Positions 47,901 to 59,500 of a stretch of DNA of 64,000 nucleotides are shown here, in pieces. The translations under genes were made by a program, and so were the position numbers. How positions within the stretch are numbered: the stretch's first letter is position 1; each line of letters starts with the position of its first letter. Source of the DNA: Octopus bimaculoides (Eukaryota); NCBI RefSeq assembly GCF_001194135.2, contig NC_068984.1, forward strand, positions 23,572,837-23,636,836. The letters run 5' to 3'. Below the pieces are notes generated by a model. That model made no database searches. It saw only the letters and a list, made by a program, of their open reading frames with translations, and was not told the origin of the DNA.

Positions 47901-50486
47901 AATGCTTAGCGGTATTTCGTCTGCCGCTACGTTCTGAGTTCAAATTCCGCCTAGGTTGACTTTGCCTTTCATCCTTTCGGGGTCGATTAAATATATACAT
48001 GACAGGCTTCTTACAGTTTCTGTCTACCAAACCCACTCACAAGGCTTTGGTCAGCCCAAGGCTGTAGTAGAAGATACTTGCCCAAGATACTCTGCAACAG
48101 GATCAAGCCCAGAACCATGCAGTTGGGAAGGTTGCTAATATTCCATACATAAACCTAAAACATTATGCAGTTTCATTCCAATTGTAGAATCTTACATCAT
48201 GATCTGAGTCAAACAAAATGGCTTTTAAAGTTACAAAGTGCCTCCAATCACAAACCAGTTTTATTACATCTAACCCCATCTTCAACCATCTGTCACTCTC
48301 CCTCACACTCTTGTGAAACTATACCCACTTTTCCCAACCATCCTAATCCACTGTCCGTATCCTTTCTTATGCTCTCTTTTTTGTGCTTTAAGAGTTTGTT
48401 CATGCACCCTATCACTCCCATCTTATCTGCTCCCCAGCTACTTGCACACTCCCTTATAAAATGCAGGGTAGCATGTATCTTCTCTATAGCAAGATGTTTC
48501 CACTTTTCTGTCTATCAAACTTTAACCTCTCAACACCTGGCATAAATCCATCTCTCCCTTCTCAAATACCCATACACACACTTAGTCAAGAGGGCCTTTT
48601 CCATTCCCTGTTCTTTTCCCATCTTGCAAGTTACTTGGCAACCTCGATGCAGCGCTGCAGCTCATCTGATCATGTCAAATTGTTCAACCAATGCCAATAT
48701 GGAAAAGGACATTAAATAATGAGTACGATCATCATCATCATTGCTATGATTTATTGCTACAGCTGAAAACATTCAGATTAAGCAGTTAAAGAATACAGAA
48801 TGGCATGATTTCTGGTAGTTTGAAAGCTGTGCTACCGTTGAGCAGTTCCTCCTGAAAATCCTTAGGAAATTTAATCTTACTCATCATAGAAGTACTAATT
48901 GTTAACATGGAGTTTATTAGATCATTGTCAGAATATGCTGCTCCACTAGTTTTATGTCAAATTAAAGGACAGTCACTGTTCCAAATAATTCTGAATAAAC
49001 TATGTCAGCTATCAATTTCCTTGAATCAGACTAAATTTCAAACATACATGAGGTTACCTACATGTACTTTACGGTAGTTGTTCAACCTATTAAAAATAGT
49101 AGCTAAATTCACTTCAAACCATATGCTACAAGGTTAAAAAAAGAAGGATACGCTGTAATGATATGAGATGGTCATGACTGGAATGGTTTATTTAAAGATC
49201 TACTTCATCAGAATTGTATAGGGATTAAAGAATAATAATTCCATATGCATCTGACTTTAACTGCTGACTTATAAAGGGCAAATGTGTACAGATGGATATT
49301 CATTCATCCAATTTACATGTTTTTCCAAGCTAGCATGAGTTTGATGAATATTCATTACTGAAGCATAGTTATTACAGACAGATGCTTTTCCTGCTTCAAA
49401 CTCTAACCTGGTTGTCAAATATGGACATCAAAAGTGCAGAGTAGGCAGACAATTTGTTGATAGAGAATGATAACAAACTTCACCAATTTTTTGGATTAGT
49501 GCAGAAAGTAAACATTTACAGAGACATGCAAATGTGTGTACACACACACACACACACACACGTATATATACGACAGGCTTTGTACAGTTTCCATCTATGA
49601 AATTAACTTCAAGGCAGTAGTTGACCCAGGATTACAGAAGACACTTGCACAAAGTGCTATGCAGTGAGACTGTACAATCTCTCTCTCTCTCTCTCTGTTT
49701 ATTATATCAAAAGTATACAGTCTACCCTGACATTTGCCACTGGCCAGGCTGTTCGTGACTGTTGAATAGAAAAAGGGATTTACATCTTTCATGAAGTTAG
49801 GTAGACCTAAAACATGCTTGGATGGGTCGAACACAAATTTAGATATGTAGAGATTATATAAGAAATTAAGATGTATGTATGAGTCAAACACTCCTACTAT
49901 TTTCTGATTGTATATTGGAACTTTAATTGAAGAGAAAAGTTAAATTTGGAGGAGTGGCCTTGGTTCTTGTTCAAAGCACAAACGCCTAGATGTTAGCTAT
50001 TGTTGTCTATTGGTGCAAATGGACAGCTCTCACCTGTCACCAACCCTCACATTTTTTATATTCTGAGTTCAAATTCCACTGAGGTCGACTTTGTCTTTCA
50101 TCCTTTCGGGGTTGATAAAATAAATACCAGTTGAGCACTGGGGTCAATGTAATCGACTTACTCCAGCCCCTGAAATTGCTGGCCTTGTGCCAAAATTTGA
50201 AACCAAAATATTTCTTCTTGATCAAACATGTTTCTCATTGCAGAGCAGAAACAAACATCACTTGAATGACAGTGATGCTCATTTACAACACAAGATGTCA
50301 AGATAAGGTGTACACACATACATATACAACAAGCATCTTTCAGTTTCCACCTGCCAAATCCACTCACAAGGCTTTGGTCAGCCCAGGGCTATAGTAGAAG
50401 ACACCTGCTCCAGATGCCATGCAGTGGGACTATACGCGAAACTACATGAATATATATNNNNNNNNNNNNNNNNNNNNNNNNNNNNN

Positions 50487-50527
<41 letters not shown>

Positions 50528-53500
50528 TATATATATATACATACACATGTATTTGTGTGTTTATGTGAGGGAGTTCATATCACCCCTTGTATTCATTGGT
50601 TGTAAACAATGGCCTCACAAGCAAACAGTGTTGTTTGTTTCCAGTTCATAACAAAAACATATCTAGGCTGGTTGTTGTTTGATAGATTGAGAGATTATAA
50701 CCTTGCTTGAAATAAGTGCTGGTTGGTTTCAGGAAGTGCATCTGGCAGTAAAAAATACTGCACCACCTTACTCATCTGACCCATTCAAGTATGGAAAAGG
50801 TGGGCATTAAGACAAAAATGACAATGCTGGTTTCTTTGCATTTTCTGTCTACAATTTCATTTACAGGGCATTGATCAATCTGACATGAAAGTAGAAGAAA
50901 TTTGACCAAGGTGTCACACAAAATGATATTCATTGCCACATAGCCAAGCACGCATGAATACACACACATACATACACACACATTTAGATACAAACATATA
51001 CACATACATACACATAAAATTTAATTTTTTACACAATTCTAAATCTTAAATAAGCTGGGGAAAAAAATCATTTTTCAGTAAAATGATAATTTTGGCATTA
51101 TAGAGCTTAAAACAAATAGAAAAAAGAAAACGGGATGGTGACATATACAATTAAAAAGCAATATAACAGAATCAAGACAACTTGTTTTACAGCAGTCAGA
51201 AAATAAAACATGGCATTTATGGAATTGGCAACAACAGAAGGCAGTGTGTTTTTGTTTCATTTAATAACCATATTCCAGATTACATTGGTCGGCTAAGTTG
51301 CCCCATACATATTTGTCCTTATTACAATTACAATGCAGACATAGTAATGTGATCAAGGTAATAGAACATACACCAGTGAAGGGAAAGATTTTATAACTAT
51401 ATCTTCTGCCTCATACCAGTTAAATAATGGAAGAATATATAAAGGCCATCTACAATGGCTACATTCTTCAGTAATTGAAGCAGCTTTTAAGTGGGAAAAC
51501 GGATTTAATAAATTACAGAAGGCTTAACGGTATAACAGTGCTCTACTTTCAAACCAGGAGTTCAGATCTTGCAATTGGCAATTTTATTGTGATCTAGGTG
51601 AAGCACATTACTTTCCAGTCAGTTATCACAATGGATAATTTGACATAAAAGCTAAGTAAGAAAGATTGTATTTTTATCTACAGTTCAACTGGTACGCTTT
51701 TTTATGATCCTTAGGTACTATACTTTTAGAAACACAGTTTTCTTTCAACTAGAACTGAATGAAACAAAATGTATTGCAATTACAAATTTATTCTTATCGA
51801 CTGTGCATATCAATAAAAACACGAAATCAACCCTAACTAAAGGAAAAGTATGTGTAAATGTATGCATATGCATGTATGTGCGTGAGTGTATGTGTTATAT
51901 GTTGTTTCATTGGAGCTGAAAAACTTTGCAAACTTACTCAGCATTTTCTGTAACCGATCGTAATATGAAACTCTAGAGTTGCAAAGTTGTTCAGCTTCAA
52001 TAAAACACTATATTTTACTCTACCTTTGGCATTTAAGAGCTATTTTTTCTGCACTCCATTTTATACTTATGTGATTGCATGTATGTGCATATACACACAC
52101 ATAGATACACGCCAATGAATGAATGAGTGATGATACAAACCACCCCCACCCCACTACACACACACATGCATACATTCATTCATATATAGTTCCAATATAT
52201 TTCTCATAGATGCTCTGGGATCTTAAGGGATTTCAGGCCTTCAATCTGAGACCCCATTTCCATTACCCAGTTAATCCAGCCACAGTTGATCGAGTTCCAG
52301 CTTATGTCATCTCAATAACAGCAAATTATGGTCTGCTCACTTTATCCGAAACCATCTAGGACAAACACATACACATACAAATTATAATAAATCTATCAAT
52401 ATACTGTCTTCTTAATTTAAACCTTTTGATAACAGGCCACCTGAAACCTAACCTGGTCCTGTGGTACAAACTTCTTGATTTAAAGTAATCTAAATTGAAA
52501 TTTATCAAAATTTCATATCAAGTTCCAAACACGAACTTAATAATAATAAAAAAAAATTTACTGAATTCTTCATTCTTTCAAAATTAATTGAAACAAAGAA
52601 GTGTATTTCAAAATAAATATGATAACAAAAAGATTAAAACGAATATCAAAATTGTAACCAATTCATTCCTTTTAACTTTATGAATGAAATTAAGTTCTTT
52701 CTTGTAAAAAGCTTCATTTTTTTAATGATACTACAATGTAAAGTTTTAATTTGTTGGATATTTTTTTTACGAGAAATTACAAGAGAATGTTGGAAACGTG
52801 GCTGCATGGTTTAAGTAGCTTGCTTCCTAGCCATGTAATTGCAAGTTCAGTCCCACTCCACAATACTTTGGACAAGTGTCTACTAGCATAGCCCCAGGTC
52901 AACTAAAGCCTTGTGAGTGGATTTGAGACAGAAACTGAAAGAAGCTTACTGTACTCACATACATACATGCCAGGAAATGCATTTGGCCTAAAACTACAAG
53001 CTCATTATGTATTTAAATGTGATGTATGAATTATACAGAGGTTGCTTGAATGCATTCCTTGGATTACTGTGTTGACTGATAAAGAGGCAGGAGGAAGAAG
53101 AAGGCGTCCTAGGGCTGTGCCAAACATTTCCTCATCCACAAAACTGCCTTGAAGTACACAAAACAGTACAGCCAAAGCCTGATGACTGTCGGGCTAAATT
53201 GTAAGAAAGAATTTGACTATTCCTCACTCAAGGAATATAGAATCAAGACAAAACAACATGCTGAAGTTCCAACATCTATAATCAATGCCATTAAGAGGCC
53301 TACAACAACATGGTCCTCAGGGATATCAATAAGAATTAAAGTTACCTCTTTAGTCATGAACAATAATTAGGCTATCAACAGGAATATTTCAGGGTGATAG
53401 CTTATCTACAATGTCTTTCATCCTATCAGTGAAACCTTTTCTACCCCGTTAGGCAATACAAAGGCTGCTTGATAAGATTTTCAGATGAAAGAAAGACCAA

Positions 53501-56500
53501 TGTTACTCACACATTTTTTGGTTGATGAGAAATATACACGAAACCAAGGGACAATTAGAATTGATTACAATATTCTCAAGGGACATAAATGGAGTATGGT
53601 TAGCTGGGGTGCCTGAGGGGCATGTTCCCCGCTCAAGAAAAGAAGTGTGCCCTTCTAAATAATATTATTACTCCCTTTTCTCCTGGAATTGTATTCCCTT
53701 CTGACCTTGTGCCCTCCCTTCGAAAAATTCCTGGGACTGCACCTGGTTAGGACAAGTGTTCATATTTGATAGTCAAATGATGAAAAATTGTCAACCAGGC
53801 AAATAATAATGATGATCATCATCCAATGTTTTAAATGTGGGTTTTGTCCCCATTAACGGGGTTGGCCAGATCTACCTTAATGCCATAGCAACTGCCCTCA
53901 CACCACTTTGCCATCTTGCCTGGTTTTGGGCATCCTCCTTTTTCAAACCAACCCTCCTAATCTCCTCCACCACCTTTTCTACCTTGCTTTTGCGATCTAT
54001 TTACCTCAAATGCAATCACCCTCCTCAAAACATACTCTTCATTCATCCTCAACATATGCAATTCTTCCCTTGTCCTTCTCACTAAAATTCAACCTTCCAT
54101 CACTCCCCCTCATGCATCTTCCCCACTCAACACCTCTTCCATCTTTTTACATTGATTTAATAAACCTAAACACACTATCTGGGTTCTCACCCAGCCCACT
54201 CAACCTCTCCTCAGCCTCTTTCCTCATAGATCTCGCAACCACCCTCTTTGCATGATTCTTCATGTTATTATACCTGGCTTTCATTTGCTCAGTCCTATTA
54301 TTACATAAAGCTTTATGTGCCACCTTCTTCCTCACTATCGCATCCCTCACCCCCTCATTCCACCACTACGTATCTCCTCAATCTCTCCTACTTTTCATCC
54401 TTCCACATACTTCGTCAGTACTCCTTCTTTAAAAGACCTCCACAAATCCAGTGCATCAATGCTTACCAACTCCCCAACTCTCTCCTCAAATGTAGCTCTT
54501 GTTTCACCTCCTTCAGTTTCCACACCTTTCTCCACTCAACTGTTCCCTCTCTCACACACTTTTTAACTTTCCTCTTATCCAAGTCAGTAACCACCAATCT
54601 GTGCTGCAACTCCCGTGGTATTGTCTTCACATCTCTCAGATACTTTCTGTTTTTCCTGCCAACCAACACAAAATCAATCTCTGTCTCATTCCCTCCTGCA
54701 CTGAAAGTCACCTTCCTTTTCTCTGTTTTCCTAAACCACGTGTTCGCCACACACAACTCTTTCTCATCACAAAACTCCAACAGCATCCTTCCTTCCATAT
54801 TTCTCTCCCCAATTCCATTTCCTCCATGCACACCCTCAAAGCCCTGGATCCATTTCCCAACATGTCCATTAAAATCACCCATGCCTAAAACCAATTTGTC
54901 CACCTTATGTAAGTCCCACTCATTCGCCGTTTCATCAAAGAACTGCTCTTTCTCAACTATCCCTCTTCCACTTTACAGACCATACCCACAAATCACCCTC
55001 ATCACTTCTTCCTCAAATGCTAACACTACTGTCATCACTCTGTCACTCTTTCTCCTGACCTCCACCACCTTCTCACAGATTTCCTCCTTCACCAAAACTC
55101 CTACACCTCCATAATATGGATGCCATTGGCCTCTCTATCTCTCTTATTACCAGTGATGAATGTTACAACTACATTGGAATCATTGAGAATATTGCATATA
55201 TTGGTGCTGCGAGTAAATCAAAAATGACTAAAGAATACTTTCAGCAGACTTTGGAAAGTACATTAATCAGAGTTGTCTGCATTCAATAAAACTATATCCC
55301 AAATGGTTTCACAGTGTCAGTGTTAGGACCAACATTTGGGGTACGAGACTGGACACATGAAGACTATGAAGATATTAACAATAGCTGGTAACTTATACAT
55401 CAACAGCAACACTAACATGATAAACAGAGGGATGGAGGTACAAGATCAGTCTAAACGTCGCTTTGAGTACTGCAACAGGTCACCTAGACAACACCTGTTG
55501 AGCAGTAAAGAGAGAAACGAGTATATTATATGCAGACTCAACAGTGAAAGTAATAACACCATGAGATTAGATGAAGAACTCCCAAACAGGCACAGTTATG
55601 CCATGTGAACTAAGAGTGGTTGTACTAACCTATTTAAATAGAAACTTGGAAGAGAAACACGCATCAAACCAGCAGAAAGTTATGCATAGTCATATATCCT
55701 GTAAGTTAGAGAATACCAACAACATTGATAGGAATAGCAGCCTCTTTTAAACCTTCAATTATTATATTACATCTTACCTCGGAAGCTATGCTTTTACTAT
55801 CCAAGAAAAAGAGAAAGCTACTGAGAACCCAATAAACAAAAGAGATAAGGATACTTCTAGATCTCAAGTATCGACTGTGCTCTCCCAAGGTGGGAGACAT
55901 CACCTATATCATTAGCAGTTGCCCAGCTACATAGTTACATGCAGATCCACCAAAGTTACTGGTAGATAGATAATCACCCCAAGGGATTGCAATAATAAAT
56001 ATGAGCCAACAAGGGAATCTTTGTGATTGTTTGACCTGCAAGAAATAGCAACCAAATCTTTGTCAAATCACTTTCTACCATCTCAGAAAAGGAAGGACAC
56101 ATGGCACACTGGACAATTTAGTCCTAGATATACATGAAGTCAAGAAGGAAAATGGCTGGAATAGCTTTAATTTAGATCCAGGTCAGCTCAGCCCTGGATC
56201 TAAACAACAAGAATATATATATAATGTGCAATCATCCAACAAATAGTAACATTTAAATATAACAGTTGTTTGAAATAAAAAAATAATAAATAAATGAACC
56301 AACCTCTTTGTTGACTAGGTAATCCAATAGGCACAACAATTTTGCGTACCAGAAACTCAGAGCGGAGTCCATATGGACCAATATCACGCCTTTTCAATAA
56401 CTCTGTCGTCGTTATCTCCGTTTCAGTGGAAACAGTGTTTGTGCCACCGGCAGGTGTCTTCACAGACATGTCATCCCACCGAAGACATACCCAGAGAATC

Positions 56501-59500
56501 CGTAGCTGCAGACCAGCTGCTGCGAGGGATTTGAGAGTTTGCGTGCGATATCGCCATGCAGATTTGAAAGAAGGTCGTGGACACTGATAAATCCAATTCA
56601 CATTGTTCATTTTGCAGTTATAATTAAAACCAGAAGCTTCCATATTACCACCTTTCCGTGCTAGTCGTTTCAGTTCATGACTTTCTAAGACAAAAATACT
56701 TTTTGATTTGCTAGGAGTTTGAAATTTCTGACATACTGGCAAACTACTTTTACGTAACATTTTGGTCCGTTTACCAATTTTGGAAAATTTTGGCAGCCTA
56801 AACTTATCTTTTGTAGTTCTTATAGGTGGCATCTTAGCCTTTAATTCATCAACAGTCATAGCAGCTAATGCCTGTCTGGCAGCTATTTGAGCTGGTGTCA
56901 AGGCAGGTGCTACAGCTGGTTTCGCAGTGAGTAGTTGTGCTACAGTACTGTTGCTGGCTACAGTGCTGATCTTCCTGACAGGAGTACTCTTCTGTTCGGC
57001 AGTTACAGGTGTAGCTTTAGCAATTGTCAACCCACCAGTCTGGAGAAGTGATATGTCCGAAGAAAGTTTAGCAGGAAGTAAACTTTTGCCAACTAATCCA
57101 TCAGAGAGTTGTTTAGTTGTATTTTCTGAATTAACCAAAAGAGATTTAGAAGTATTTTCTTTATCACCTTCCACATCAATTTTTTCATTTCCATGGTCAA
57201 CATTGGAAGAATCACTTTTTTTACCATTGACTACAACAGGTTTCGCTGGTGTTTTATCTACACTGGCAGTCTGTAGTGGAGCAGATTTTGTAAGAGAATT
57301 TGAAGTAGGTGTTGTAAAGACTACCATGGCAGGGCTGGAAGTTGCAGTTGATATTGCCACAGGAACTTTAGTCCCAGGAATAGCCACCTGTGTTGGAGTC
57401 AAAGAAGTTGTATTATTAATTGAGTTATTCAAAGAGTCTTTTGATACAATAGAGATTGGTATGGCAGAGACATTTGATGAGGTAGTACCTAATGTGATCG
57501 TTGGTAGTGAAGATGTTGCAAGTGTCACAGGGATGGTACGAACGGCTGTTGCTGCTAATGATACAGGAATGGTGCATTTTGGAGATGGAGTGATTGCTGT
57601 GGGAGCAGAGGGTGTTGTGACAGCTGTTGTTTGAATGGGCGAGACAGTTGACCGTGTTGTAGATATGGCTGTAGGGGTTGCTACTAATGATACTGCAGTA
57701 GCGGTGGTAGATGCTGGTGCTGTAACAACAGATGATGTAGCAGATATTGATGGAGTTGATGGTGAAGTTGTTGTAGCAGCAGTTACAACTGTTTTAATCA
57801 AAGAACTAGTAGGAGTACTGGTAAGAACAATAGCTGGTGCAGCTGCACTAGTAACAGTTTTTACAAGTGTATTTGGCATTGTTACTGCAACAGTTTTTGC
57901 AAGTGCAGTTGGTGTTGTTACTGCAACAGTTTTTGCAAGTGCAGTTGGTGTTGTTACTGCAACAGTTTTTGCAAGTGTAGTTGGTGTTGTTACTGCAACA
58001 GTTTTCGCAAGTGTAGTTGGTGTTGTTACTGCAACAGTTTTTGCAAGTGTAGTTGGTGTTGTTACTGCAACAGTTTTTGCAAGTGTAGTTGGTGTTGTTA
58101 CTGCAACAGTTTTCGTAAGTGTAGTTGGTGCAGTTACTGCAACAGTTTTTGCAAGTGTAGTTGGTGCAGTTACTGCAACAGTTTTTGCAAGCATAGTTGG
58201 CGTTGTTACTGCAACAGTTTTTGCAAGTGCAGTTGGTGCAGTTACTGCAACAGTTTTTGCAAGTGTAGTTGGTGTTGTTACTGCAACAGTTTTTGCAAGT
58301 GTAGTTGGTGTTGTTACTGCAACAGCTTTTGCAAGTGTAGTTGGTGTTGTTACCGCAACAGTTTTTGCAAGTGCAGTTGGTGTTGTTACCGCAACAGTTT
58401 TTGCAAGTGCAGTTGGTGTTGTTACTGCAACAGTTTTTACAAGTGTATTTGGTGTTGTTACTGCAACAGTTTTTGCAAGCGTAGTTGGCGTTGTTACTGC
58501 AACAGTTTTTGCAAACGTAGTTGGTGTTGTTACTGCAACAGTTTTTGCAAGTGTAGTTGGTGTTGTTACTGTGACTGTTTTTACAAGTGTAATTGGTGTT
58601 GTTACTGCAACTGTTTTTACAAGTGTAGTTGGTGTTGTTACTGCAACAGTTTTCAATGCAGTGGGTGTTGTTACTCCAACAGATTTCACCGATGTAGTTG
58701 ATGTTGTTACTGCAACAGTTTTTACCAATGTCGTTGGTGTAGTTACTGCAACAGTCTTTGCAGGTTGAGCATTTGAAGTTACAGCTTGTTTATTATTTCG
58801 ACAAAATGGAGAGTAGCAGGAAGGTGTGATGGCAGTTTCGTTAGTTGTAGCCTTTTGCAATCGGCATGATATGCAATAGCAGCAGTACTTCAGAGGCAAT
58901 GACTGTTTTGTAACATTCACATTTTCTTGAGAATTTTTTGTTTCTTGTTTTAACAAAGCTGCTGCAGCAGGTGTGAGAATTTTTACCTGTGAATTAGCTG
59001 GTTGTAATTTCAATTTAAATGCAATTTGTTGTTCTATGGCTTGTCTCTGCTTTTTCTCCATTTCGTCACATTTTAAACGCCGTTCCAGAAGGGTGTCTAG
59101 TTTAGAAAATGGTTTCACTAATTTAGGATAATACATTTTCTTCTGAAATGCATCAGAAACATCAATAACGTCAACACCTATTTTAGGTGGAAGACTAGTA
59201 TAAGGAGGAAATGAGAACAAATGTTGATTCAATCTAATATAGTCATCAGATTTTATATCAGGATCATCATCAAATTCCATTTTATTATCCTTAACAGCTG
59301 TATCAGTGACTACTTTATCTTTTGTTTCAGATTCTTTCTCAACATCCTGTGTTGTTTTTTTAGGAGACACCAATGACAATTCAGATCGTTTTTCATCTTT
59401 ACATGTGTTAGCTTCCAATTTGGGATCAGACCTAATTCCTGATTCTTCTTTTACATCAATTTCTTTCTTTTCAGTTGGTTCAACTTTTATTTTACTTCCA

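Noticed and set aside
54248-55114. 288-aa plus-strand ORF
   Set aside because: Antisense of the purine-rich RTE endonuclease region
57865-58761. CRISPR array (36-nt repeats)
   Set aside because: Units are contiguous with no unique spacers, lie in frame inside a eukaryotic exon, and there are no cas genes
56927-58768. Plus-strand ORFs of 235 aa and 377 aa as separate genes
   Set aside because: Codon-aligned antisense shadows of the low-complexity BPTF exon; no splice or homology support
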